The notes under the pieces: model-generated | Database searches by the model: none | What the model saw: only the letters and a program-made list of their open reading frames with translations | What the model was told of the DNA's origin: nothing | From: Epiperipatus broadwayi | Lineage: Eukaryota > Animalia > Onychophora | Reading direction: 5' to 3' | NCBI GenBank assembly: GCA_028023455.1 | Contig: JAQFVV010000010.1 | Location: 3,906,001 to 3,970,000 of the forward strand | Length of the DNA: 64,000 nucleotides | Part shown: positions 27,501-40,655 of the stretch, one piece after another | Numbering within the stretch: the stretch's first letter is position 1 | Layout of the letters: every line of letters starts with the position of its first letter | Position numbers and translations under genes: made by a program

Positions 27501-29026
27501 CCAGGTAGGTGCGTAATTCCTGTACAGGCCTTTGCTGATATATATTCAAATGTTATTGAAACAGATTTTAAAGATCGTCTGACATACATGACACTTAGTT
27601 CACTTAATATAATTCTCCAATCGCTGCAGCCTAAAATGCTCTAGATTAATGTCAGCCTTCTAATAGTATATTTTATATAAATGAAGTTTAACTTATCCTT
27701 GGGCCTGTGAGCCAGATTGACGGTTCTTGAATCTGGGTAGTGACCAGTTATATTAATAAGTAATGGTATTTATAGTTAATCTATGCAGCAAGTCAGGATC
27801 TACCCAGTGACAATTAAGATGCATAGAACCGTATATTATCTGTGCATAACGAGGCAGTGAATAAATATCTAATCATATGAATTTTGTCTCAAACTAGCTA
27901 CGGCAGTTAAATAAAACAATTGATCATTAAGTGTTGTTATACTGAATTCAATCCCAGGTAAAAGACCAATAGACTGTGTTACCAAAGGGTTCTGTCAATT
28001 CTATTATTATTTGTTTGGTGATTATGTATATAAATAAATAAATATATTGTAATTTCTCATTATTCTAACATGTCTTTTATTGCAATCAATAATGGTAATT
28101 AATCTATCATAAGTCTCTCGCATCTTACTGAGTTTTGCGGGATGTAAAAAGGAAAAGTTTTAGATCATATGACATTGGAATGTGGAGCTGCATGCAGATT
28201 ACCTTTGAGCGATTTGCGTGTTAGCTGGGCATTTTTGACTGTTACAGTATTAACTATTTATTTATTATAGAAATCAATTTTTTCTAAATATAAGGGGAAA
28301 ATACATTTTCTCACTATATACAGGTGGTAATTTCTTGCATAGATTACTTTCTATCTTATTTTATTTTTTGAAGATGATAATTAATTATCTAATGAAAAAT
28401 AATTCGTCAGAGGTTTTGTAAATTTTATTTATACTAAAAAAGAAACATTTATAAAAATCATTGTATTGTGCTATTAATTATTTATGAGAATGTTCACATA
28501 GTTTATCTAGTATTAAAACTAATTTTGTGGTAAAATTTTTTTAAAAAATATGAAGTTTAGAAAAATATAAATTATAAAAATCAGTGTTTTGATTTAAGAA
28601 AAAATGTCTTAAGATATAAAAGATTTTGAGAAAATTTTAAAATGACATCAATTACATGCATAATTTGTATCAGTTTCCATTTTGAATTAAAGCCAAAGAA
28701 ACTAAATATTTGAAATAAACTGTTTATACAACTTGTATAATTAATTACTTAACAAACATTAATTCCTTTTTGTTTGATGTTTGTTTATATATTAAGTGTT
28801 ACAGCTGAATTTGTTGCGATTTGTTATCAAACATCTATATATTAATCTTTCTGACATTATATAATACTGTACTATTATTTATGAAAATATATTATGCTGG
28901 TATTGTTTACAAAAGTTTAGACTACATTATTATTTAGATTTTACATTCTTGTTTTATTTAATTTATTTAGACAAATTGGCTCTTTTTAATTTGTTAACGA
29001 TTTTTATGAAAATTCATCAATATTTT

Positions 29027-29292
29027 TAAACAAAAGCAAAACTCCATAAAGTAGTGCCACCCTGTGCTAACCAGAGTAATCAATAGATGCCAGAAGGCTT
29101 GTGCATAAAATCCCTATCTAGTGCCTACTCATCCAATATCCCCAGACTAGTTTCTGGCTTGTGGCCATCATCAGTGGGGATATTGGATGAGTAGGCACTA
29201 GATAGGGATTTTATGCACAAGCCTTCTGGCATCTATTGATTACTCTGGTTAGCACAGGGTGGCACTACTGTATGGAGTTTTGCTTTTGTTTA
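29027..29292. repeat. Near-perfect hairpin / fold-back MITE: 118-bp arms, 30-bp loop
   Basis: 29027-29144 is the reverse complement of 29175-29292 with one mismatch (ccataaag vs ccatacag). Both ends are TA. Confidence 0.95.
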
Positions 29293-31275
29293 CAACAATT
29301 ATGTGCTAGTATGAGATGGTGATCATGTGATGTTTAGTGATTTAACAATAATATTTTTTTCAGTTGATGTTTTAAATTTATTCATCAATAGAAGATAAGT
29401 AGTTTTTTTTTTTATTCTCATAAGTTTGAATGTATACTGCCACACATAAAAGCTATATCATCAACTCCAATTAATTTGATGATTTATTCTAGAATTTTCT
29501 ATTAGATTTCATTAACTATCTTATATAAAAATTATTTATCCTCAGGATAATATATGAACATGTTTACCAGTTGCAAAAACAGATTCTACAATCTTTGTGA
29601 ACTACAATCCTAATTTAAATTCTTGTTCAACTATCTTCAAAATATTGTTTCTATTTAACAATACCTCATTTTCAGATTTTATTTGAATTTTGATATTATC
29701 TGTCCTTAGCATTTAGAATCCAGAAAGTATGTTATAGTTATTTCAGTCGTATACTTATTTACATTTTAATTTGTATAATACATCTATTGTTTACTGTCAG
29801 AAGTATGTGGACAGTTTGTTTCCTTTTATTTGATGGTAATAGTATAACAAAAAAAAATATCAGATTACATTAACATGTTTATGTGATTTAGATGCTAAAA
29901 GCATAATGATTAATTTCATAGTTACAGCTATTTCATTTGATTTCTGTTTAATTTTATAGTACAGTATTATGTCATTTGATATATTGTTGGTAGAATTAAT
30001 ATTAGCAGTTGTCTTTTTCTCATGATGCATTTTTAAAAATATTGTGTAGAATTTCTAGTGCATATTTTCAGTACTTCATTCTATTTAATTTTTATATATT
30101 TTAATGTTATTCAGTTTTATGGAAAATTTTAGTGAGCAGTGCTGTTTGTAGATTAGCTAGCTATTCAGGAGCTTATTCCTTGTATATATATTTGTAATTT
30201 TTTTTTTTTTTTAATAAAAAAAAAGTTTATGAATGCATTTCTCAGAACAACAACAACAACAAAAAAATAGCAGTTAAAAAGAATTAATCTATGCATATAA
30301 ATTTTAATGAGTTTTAAATATATAATCTCAATTTTTAGATAATGCATGTTTAGCATTATTAACTTCACAAAAAACTATAAATATATTTTAATATTTAAAT
30401 TTCATTTGATTGAAAGACTTTTTCCAGTTTAGCTCCATGTTATTAATAAAGATTATTCATCAATTAAACTTTCATTGCTGAATAGCAATTTAAAGCTATC
30501 TGTAGAAGGTTTGAGTAATTAATGAAATTAGTAAATTTATCCCCAGACTTTTTTTCAGCTCTTGGCCTTAACCACCATGAAATTTTTAAACTGTTAGGTT
30601 GAATAATATAATGGGAGTAAAAGTTGTCTAAGTATTTGAAAGAGATTTACAAAACTTTTTCTATTAATGAAGACCAATAGCCAAAGAAATAGTTTGATTA
30701 AGCTAATTAAAATTGTTATTATGAATGAAATATATATACATGTATATCAAAATATACTATCAAAGATCTATATTCATCTATTGTTATCTTTATACAACAA
30801 ATACTCCTTTATACACTTTTTACAATGCAATAATTTATTCTTAACTGGATAAAATCTTATAATTTCCATTGTCCAGCAATCTTATTATCTTTATATAATT
30901 AAAGTAGTTACACTCATGGTGGTGGAGGGATATCATAAATGAAAAATTTATTAGCAAAAGTTATGAATAATAATGACTAATGTATTCTAAATATATTGTT
31001 TTTGAAATTTTTCAAGACCATTTTCTGAGCTGATTTTTTTTTTTTTACAATCACTGTTTTTTGCTATAATTTAGATACATTTTATTTTACAATATAAATG
31101 TATATTTGTTACATTCAAGTGTAAATAATTGAACATTGTGTATATGTGTTTAATGTTGTGTAAAGAATCTGAATAAGTGATTGCATTATTGTAATTTAAA
31201 CTCATTATGCTGAAATTAGTCTTTTTTTTTTCTCAAATTTTAATTTTTTATTTTTAGAATTACTGGAGAAACAGT

Positions 31276-31363
31276 ATGTCTTTTCCTCCGCATCGGCCTC
31301 CTTTGGGAATGCCACCATTACATCCAGGATTAATCCCGCCAGGATTTGCTATGCCACCAATGG
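31276..31363 (+). CDS. RBM25: First coding exon of an RBM25-like RNA-binding splicing factor (exon 31258-31363, phase-1 donor)
   Basis: A T-rich acceptor ...ttttag|aat at 31258 is followed by ATG 31276, MSFPPHRPPLGMPPLHPGLIPPGFAMPPM+G, and donor gtatgt at 31364. This closely resembles the vertebrate RBM25 N-terminus (MSFPPHLNRPPMGIPALPPG), recalled from memory. Only 29 codons support the call. Confidence 0.75.
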
Positions 31364-34300
31364 GTATGTTTAATTTGCAAAAAAAAAAAAAAAAAGCAAT
31401 GCAGATTTTTTAAAACTTTTTTCCAGCATTAAAAAGAAAGTAATAATTAATGATAATAATTATACGACTGAATGCAAGACAGGAGAAATGCAATTATAAT
31501 TTTATTTTTTTATGCATATTTATTAAATTTTTTATGTTTCTTTACAAGGCAGCATTGAGCGGATTTTAGATAATAGGATATGAATACTTCATTCAAACAA
31601 TATGATTTATTCTAATTTTTATTGGTAAATTGCTATTACTTAATATTCTTTAAACATGATTTATTCCAGCATTTAATAATCAGATTTGTATTATTAAGTA
31701 ATGAAGCTATAATGGAAACTTATGTAAAGTTATTAAGTATATAAAGTCAAGTAATGATTTTTTGTGTCTATATTAAGAAAAAATATGCTCATAAGTGCAA
31801 AATTTTCAAAAATGTGTTAATGTAAATTTTGCATTTGTCACTAAATATGATAGATATTGTTAAGATAGAGATCTCATTTATTTATTATGATTTTTAGTGG
31901 TGGACTTGAATAAAATTTATGTTTGGAAAAATAATAGTGATTACAGAATCTTTACACTTGAAAATTTCTGGATCTTGAGATGTTTGAGTATTAGTTAATT
32001 GACAAAGAAGTAAAGGCACAACATTTGTTAACAGCAGGATTGGGTAATAGTATATTTTATTAAAAAAATGTCTGAAGTTGTATCATTTTGATTGGGGGGG
32101 GGGGTAATAATGGGATATGAGTCATTCTCAAAATTGTAATTTTGAAGTTTTTTTTAATTATCATTAAATTTCTATTAAAATTTTTATTTTATTTGTAGAA
32201 ATGATATGCATACATATCTATTTTTATTTTATATAATTTTTAACTTTTTTTCATGATATTAATTTTAAGTGATTAAAGTTTATCTCAATTTCTCACATTT
32301 TTTGGATAGAATCTTATTTATTCTTTACCTAAATTAATACTTTTTTTATCTTTTATTAATAGCATTCTTTGGTTTCCAAATCTTTCAAACTGTTATATAA
32401 TTCTAAGCAATAAAAGTTTCCAAGAATATCATTGATTAATATTATTTAGGATATAAATATATTATATATTATTTATATATTATATATTATTTAGGATGTA
32501 AATAAATATATATTGTACCTAGGGAAAGAAAAGGCTAGTAATTAAAGCTAACAAGCTAAATAAGGTCAAGATAAATAAGGTTAATAAGGCTAAGCTAAAG
32601 CTCTAGCTAAGCTCAGGGTTTTTTTTCCTACTGTAATTTATGTGAGAACACAGAGAATTACAACAACAACAATAATAAACATTATAAAGTATAGCTAATA
32701 AATTTAAAAGGAGGAGAAACCTCAACTCACTCTTGCAAAACATTTAAAAGCTCTCAGTATTATAACACAAAGTAGCAATGATACAATTAATTGTTCTCTT
32801 ATAATAAAATCTCTTCCATTATCCCCACTCCAGCATATTCTTACATCTATAACTCCTTCTTCCTCTTCATATTGCTATGATCAGATCCACATTTAATAAA
32901 TAGTCAACTTGTATAAATCTTACTGATTTGTTATGCCATTTTGCCTTTTTTTGTCAATAGATGTAAGTTATTATTTATAGAATTATAGTATTATAATCTG
33001 AGGGTTCTTATATTATTTTAATATTAAGTTTTCAATATTGATTTCATGAATATGTTGTTGATAAATGAATGATATCCTAGCGATCAACAAGAGAACACAT
33101 ATACTTAATCTATAAGTCAATATCTACCTATTATTGAATAATAATAATGATAATTTAATAAATAATTTAACTAAGACAAAATTGCATCAAACTCTAAATT
33201 TGGAATAATATAATCATCTACTAGGAGAGCATACTGAATACCCAGAGTGGGAAAGGGATTTGATGTCCACTCAAAATATTCATTAACAACACAAAATACA
33301 TTTATTACATGGAAATAGACAATAATTGATTGTAAACATGGTCTTATTTTTATAAATTGCAGTTTTAAATTATAGTGATCAATAGAATAAATGAATAATA
33401 TTTTATTTAATGCACTCTTCATATCTGCAAAATAATTATTAGTTAAATAGTAACATTTAATTTATGTATTTGTAGTTTGAATAAATATTTGAAAAATATT
33501 TGCATTATAAAGTACATAATGTTTAGATTTCTGGATATTAATTTAGTGAATAACGAGAACATTATAAAGACACTACACCAGATTAAACAACAAAACATCA
33601 TTTATTTATAATGAACAAAATTTCATAAACATGAAATAACTTGGAAGGTCATTAAAGAATTAAAAAAAAAAATTTATAACAGTCTTATGTAATTGCTTAC
33701 AGGAGAATACTTTACAATTTCAAATTTCTCAAATTAACACATGACATGACTGAATTACATATCCATGACGGAGAATGGATTTAGGTGGACAAGCTCATTT
33801 GACCAATTAAAATTATTATAAGAAAATTTACCCTTCAAATAAAATACTTATTTTTCACTATTCTCAATTAATATTCTGCTCCATTCAAGTAATATAACTT
33901 TAATACACTACTAATAAATTTATGATACATGTTATATCTTTCGGCATACACACTCTAAATCATGCTATAATTTGATAATGAGCTTTACTAATTCATGCAT
34001 TATTTATTAACTATGGTCTTTAACTATCAGAGTTTTAATAAAACCTTCAATTATTTGCAGAGGTTACACATATCCACTCACACAATCTGTGCTATTTGTC
34101 TCAACAAGAGTAAAGCTAAATGATTTTAGATCTTACCAGTCCAGTGATAACTTGCATCTGGATGATGATCATTATGATGCACATTGTTTATTTTAGTCTA
34201 ATAATAAAACTTATAAATTTGAATAAATCATTATCAGTTTTATTTTATGTTTTGCTGGAAAACACAACAAAACAGATTATACATCAAAACTATCAAACCT

Positions 34301-35953
34301 ACAATTAGGGAGTTAAAAGTGTTCCTGAAGAAGATGATATACTTCAAATAACAAAACTTATTAATGACCAACTTACTAAATATTAATAACACCATACATG
34401 GTGGTAAATATATAATAACAAAGATATTTACGAGAGGAAAAGCTAATAAAGCACTAAACCTGTGATGGCATGAACCCAGAATAAGCACCTACTATCTGGG
34501 GGCAATAAAATTTGTTAGGACTTTGTCTCTAGACATATTTAATAAACGGGAATGAACCAACACACTACAAACATAAACATGAGAAAATAACACTCAAAAA
34601 AAATATCGCCAATATTGAAGGGAGTAACCCTCTATCTCCTAATAAAATTTCTAAATTATTTCAATATCAACACTAATGAGAGAGCCAAGCTCATCCTCCT
34701 AACCATCATGGCAGAAATAAAATTTGCATACCTTGGAAATACATAAAGATCAGATAATTTATATCACATATACTAGAGAGGAATTAATTCTAAACTCTTG
34801 ATAAATATAATACTAAATTAATGCATAAAAACGATAAACTAATAATAATTGTCAAATATGACTGAATAAAATGTAACCTTTAGAAATTAAAACAAACAAG
34901 CAATATACACCATTTTCATAAACATATAACATTCACTATAAATAACATTCTTATAATAAAGGGCATAGCAATACTATTTTAAATAACTTATACTAAGTCA
35001 TTATATAGCTTAGTATCATTAATGCTAACAATAATAATAAGTGAACCTCTATTAGGCATGTTAGATCGTACAATATAAAATATAAAACTCTTAATATTTA
35101 AAATAGCATACAATAATATATTTTATAATACATAACTTAAATTTAGTAAGCATAAATTTTACCAAAACTTTTTTTTTTTAAAAATAAAAAGAAAATATAC
35201 TCAAGTTCTTAATCTGACACAATTCCTGGTCTAACAATTCAACACATAAGGAGCTTCTATGTACGCTGATAATATAATTCAACAAATGCATTTGCATTAA
35301 TAGTTCTTTTTTAAGACTTCTACACACACACACACACAAAGAAAATATAAATAAATAAATGAATAGCTATTATTTCACTAATTATTACACATACACCTGA
35401 CAGAACAGTTCAACACTTTTATCACATTACACTGATTGCACTTTTTTTATGTAGATAATCATTTTTAATTTAGCATTTAATACATATTCTTCTTTTCCAA
35501 TTCAAGCAAGGTTTTCTCAGATACAACATGTAATATAGCGGTTTGCTCCTTAACACTTCTCTATCAAGCTAAGTAAATTTTTAAGTAATATTAATACAAC
35601 ATTTATCATATATATCTTTTTTATAATTAATCAATTTTTCTGTATGAAACATTTATATATAATATGGTTTATTCAAATATTTTCATATAGCTGTTTGGTT
35701 AAAATAACATTTTTTTTTGTTAATTATTTAACATTTTACCAAAGACAAAAATTCTATATCAATAATTCTCCAAAATTAGGAATATTAATTTATAAGTGAA
35801 AGTCTCAATAACTTTATGAATCAAAATTTTCCTTTTTAATCAGTATGATAAGCAACTATACAATTATTATGATAATAAAATTATTAGTGTTCACCACAAC
35901 AGTATTCTTTTTTTTATGAATAATTACTTCATTAAAGATTTTTATCTGAGACA

Positions 35954-36211
35954 AAAGACAATAAACATTTTAAAAGTTTCTGATGAATCATATTACCATA
36001 ACAAGTTATAGCAGATTACTAAAATTATTGTAGTCACTACCATAAACCTCTAATGAGTCTGCTTCAAAATAAGAAATTTCAAAAGACAATAAAGCATTTT
36101 AAAGGTTTCTGACAAATTATATTATCTTAGCAAGTTATAGCAGAAGATTAAAATCATTGTAGTTAACACTAAGATAAACTTCCAATATATCTGTTTCCAA
36201 ATAAGAAATTT
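35954..36211. repeat. Degenerate ~130-bp tandem duplication (also mirrored in the right arm)
   Basis: aaagacaataaa(g)cattttaaa.gtttctga...aagttatagcag...aaataagaaattt occurs twice. Confidence 0.75.
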
Positions 36212-39200
36212 AGACAGTTCATCATGAATAAAGTTTTTAACTGAATTAAGATAATTTAAACGGAATACCTGTAACACTTTGGCTCCAGAAAACAATGCTT
36301 TCATCATCTTTAAACAATTAATTGACAACTTGTTTATAAATTCTTCCTTTAACATTTGATTTAGATCCCCTGATTCGGATGAGAACCAGTATCTGATATA
36401 GTTTTACGCATTCATTTTTACTTTAGCAAAAAAAAAAAACTTATTAAAATTTCTTTTTTACTTTTGACTTTTCAAAATTTAAACTTCTTCTGCAATTCTT
36501 ATGGGCAGCAGGAAAATAAACTTCCCTTCATTTTTCTTCTTTCATTTTGTTGCCCCTGCCCTTTTTGATGCAATTCCCCAATGTCAATTGTCAATCATTC
36601 TGATTGACAAGAAACATTATTTCCTTTTGATTTCTCCACCTTTAAATTAACAGTTGATTGGTCTTTTATCTAAATCTAGATTTAGTAGTAAAATCATCAG
36701 ATGATCACATGATAGTCTAGGAATTTTCCATCAACCAAGTTATATTGTTAAATAAAATAATATAAAATAAATATTATCTAATTTTATTAACTTCTTTAAA
36801 TTCTTTTAAATTATATGAATGAATAATATTAGAGGTTCATTAATATTTAATTTAAGTTTTAATCAAATAAAATACTCTAAATATTAAATATTACAAAGAA
36901 ATATTTTCATTAACAAATAAAAGTTAAAATTATTATTGCAAACATGCTTACTCACACATTTAGAACTCATTCCATATCTTTTAACTATCAAATACAAAGT
37001 TTGAATAGCAATATTGATTATTATTTTAATCTCTTAAACTCAGTTTTAGACTGATTACTAATACAAATTATTTTAAATAAATATTCTATTTGAATTATAA
37101 TAATTATGTCTTAAATTTTAACATTAAATTAATTTAATCTGTATTAGGTTTAATTCAGGTACTAATGTAATTAGTCTAACTTGTATTAACTAATCTAAAC
37201 TTCTAATATGATAAGTTACATTTTAGATTTAATTTATTAACACATATCATAAATTTAAATATTTTTATTAGCATACAGTAAAGTAAAATATAATATGTCT
37301 ATTTATGACAAATATTTTAATCATTGACTATTTAGACTTGTCTATGCTTATATAATTTACAGAGGTAGTTAAACGTAATAAATGCTTCCTATAATTTTTT
37401 TTTTTTCATTAAATGTCAGCAATAACGAAATACTAGCTTTCTTGGCAAAGCCAGGATCACAATATATATCAGTAAAACATTGCCTGAAATTGTTGAATAT
37501 TGATGATCCAGGAAGATTGATGTTATATTGCTATGTTGATGACAGGAATTTTATAGTAAAAAGATTCTTTGTATCTCATAATTTGCTGATAAATCTTTGG
37601 ATGAGAAATTTTTTTCCATGAATGATTTTATTATGGGACAAAATATCTCACATAGCCATTTGTAGAGCAAAGATTTGATGATTCAAAAATTTTTTTTTAT
37701 TACTAAAATAATGCTCTACAAGTTCAAAATTTTAAATTGCTCATAAACTCAGATTTTTTAAATTAACAATGATTCAATTTTAAATCTCCAAACAAAAAGA
37801 ATAAAGCATTTCAGATAATTTGGCTTCTTTTCTTAACTCCTATAAGTATTTTTTTTTTGCATTTTATTTTGTAAGACCGTAGTTTTATAATTTACATTAA
37901 ATTTCATCCACATATTTACGAAAATCATATTCAATACATTTTTAGATTTCACAAATCAGAATTGCACTTTTAATTTGTGCATGTTTCATAAAATTGTCAA
38001 ACCACATATTTCTTTTACATTTTTTAGATATAGAATCTTTAATTTGAAATTATGGTACTTACATCTTGGATTTGCTGTAATGAAAATAGATGTACAAACA
38101 ATGTCTATATAAGGACCGAATTAAACACATTTACAATAAAAAGGAAAATAATTACTTTTTTAAAGATAATATTCTGATCAGAATATAGTTGTAACTCAAA
38201 ATGTTGATTCAGCTACTAATTTTATGATTTAAAGTATATTGTGATGTCATGATAGAATGCTGGGATGACTAATCGATCATCTGGAGAAAGTAAAGTGTAC
38301 ATGTGATTTAATGTTCAGCTTTAATTTTTGTCGAGTGAATTTTTTGAACATCTTATCCAGTGAAATGATTAAAATTTGGGAACTGCTTGCTACCGAGGAC
38401 AATGCATTCTACTAAAGTTTGTACATGTAGCTTGATATCTCTAGAAAAATTCAAAATTCTGTAAAAGTGATGATTGCAAGCTACTGGAATATAAGCATTT
38501 TCATGTAAATCATAGGTATACTTTCGTTTCCATTTTACAATACAAAAATACCTCAGTCCACCCGAGTGATTGCAAGAAACAATTTTTCGTTTTTCTTTTT
38601 TTATTGGAATAAATGTATATTGCTATCATTTTTCGCAAAAAATAAAAACGTAAATATTTGTTCATGTATTTCCGGTAAATAAAGTTATAGGTCGCCATTT
38701 TGTACAAAATAAGATTAGTTTTAGTCATTTTTGCAAATAATTCTTTGCTTCAAAACATAAATACGTGTTTGTATATTTGCACTAACTAAAGTTATAGTCA
38801 TCATTTATGAAAATTGGTGGATTAAATCTGTCAGAAGACCTGTGCAGATATTATTTTATAAGATGCAAGGTTAGAAGATTATCGCTGGACTATTATGTAT
38901 GTGATATTTCACAGTAAGTCTAATACATAAGTGTCGAAATGTTTTTTTCTCAAATATTTAAGATTAACTTTAACTTTTTCATAAATAAGTCCCCTTCTTT
39001 TTAGTAAAAGGCTCTATTACTTAAATTATTGTATGATTTGGGAAAAAATGAGAAGTATTAGTTTTGATATCTATATTTTATTGTAGCTGAATTCATTAGT
39101 CCATAATTATCTATAAGAATCATAATTTTTCTCTACTTTGAAATTCATTTATTACATACTTTTTATTTCAAGTTTTTTTTTTTGTATTGATTTGTATCAT

Positions 39201-39400
39201 TTTGGAAGTCAAAAATAAATAAAACTAATATGTTAATAATGTATTTTTAGTGTATATTTATTAAAAATCATAATAGTCAAAAATAAATAAATCTAATATG
39301 TTAATAATGTATTTTTATATTTATTAAAAATCCTAACACAAATATTATTAAATGAAATTTCAATTAACTAACTTTCATTTATTTGATTTTCCCCTCTCTC

Positions 39401-39447
39401 CACACACACACACACACACACGCACGCACACACACACACACACACAC
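39401..39447. repeat. (CA)n microsatellite, mirrored as (TG)n at ~58101-58152
   Basis: Read directly from the sequence. Confidence 0.95.
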
Positions 39448-39523
39448 TGTTTTCTGTTTAATCACGTACATTATATCAATTTTTGAATATTAATGAACCA
39501 AATACAAATAGCATTATTTGTTG

Positions 39524-40637
39524 TATAATAACAGGGGAACATATATTTGATAAACCAGATATCGATGAATACTTAAAGGCTCTATATTCTCATGAACTCA
39601 TTAACACGGTCAAATATACTTCTTTTTTTCCTGCTAGAGGGTTCGTTTCGATTGAATATTTCAATAAAGAACAAAAAGATAAAGCTGAAAACATAATTAA
39701 GCAAATTCAAAATAAAAAAATTTACTATGTTATAAAAGATCCCAATCCATTGGTCTATGGAAGAATACTGCATACACCTCCAAGTTTCAATGTTGAATTT
39801 TTTAAAATCCAACTATTGGATTATGCTGAGATAATAAATTTGGAAAGAGAAATGACGCCGGGCACAGCCTTCCAAATTCCGTCAAACTCATGGACAGTAG
39901 TACTTAAATTAAAGAAAGGGGTAACGAAAGAACAGATACCACATAAAATAACAAAAGATCAAATGCCCATTTCCATAATAATAAAGGGTAGATCACCATT
40001 GTGTTTTAAATGTAATCGAGTGGGGCATATTGCAGCAGGCTGTAACACTGCTAACTGCATGAAGTGTAACAAATTTGACCGATTAAATCACTTATGTAAT
40101 GTATCATCATCAATTAAGATATGGGCTAATATAGTTAGTAACACAGGAGACGAGCATTTATTGTATGAAGAAGAAATTGATAAATTAAAAAATATGGACA
40201 TATTAGATGAAGTTGAATTGTTACCAGGCCAAAATGATCTATTGCAGGTTGGAAATGTCACAGGTATTGATAGTCTTATAGATTCATTTGATGAGAATAA
40301 CACAGACTCGCAAATGGAAAATGAAAACGAAGACAGGGTTATGATAACACAATCGGTAGAACTTATCAACCAACAAGTAAATGATAATGAAGATAGTATC
40401 AAAACAGAAGAACTTAGCAACAAGCAAATAAATGGTAATGAGGATAGTATCAAAACACTCAAAAGAAATACACATCAAAAGATTAATAAAGTTACAAAAG
40501 ATAATAATGGTGATAATCAAATAATGTTGAATATTAATTTGGCAGAATTAAACAATGACTCCTATGATAAGAAAGATGATGAATTAAAAACTAAGGGAAA
40601 AGATGAGGATGTGGGGTGTAATATGCTAATAAAATGA
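39524..40637 (+). CDS. LINE ORF1 (Gag-like, CCHC zinc knuckle), 5'-truncated
   Basis: GRILHTPP..L..Y.EI..LERE...IPHKI...IIIKGRSPLCFKCNRVGHIAAGC resembles Tx1/L1 ORF1. The ORF track start at 39483 is a TTG in non-LINE flank. Confidence 0.8.
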
Positions 40638-40655
40638 TTACTAAATTATCAAGAT

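Larger units (their letters stand above)
33540..39515. repeat. Outer left arm of a large inverted duplication (mirror of 58033-64000); may extend further left
   Basis: Base 64000 mirrors 33540, and homology is continuous to ...acaaatagcatt (39515/58033). Identical small ORFs appear on opposite strands (36122-36355 / 61205-61438 and 37382-37621 / 59938-60177). Confidence 0.97.

Noticed and set aside
33171-33422. 83-aa minus-strand ORF with a protein-like tail (EWTSNPFPTLGIQYALL)
   Set aside because: No recognisable domain and no convincing splice acceptor; the composition matches AT-rich background.
34040-34760. Possible old LINE ORF2 C-terminal remnant (WHEPRISTYYLG..., AKLILLTIMAEIK)
   Set aside because: The resemblance is impressionistic, with no diagnostic motif.
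35954-36211. Possible protein-coding repeat (ILKVSD...KIIVV...CF.IRN in both units)
   Set aside because: About 6 of ~22 differences are synonymous, close to neutral expectation, and in-frame stops occur in both units.
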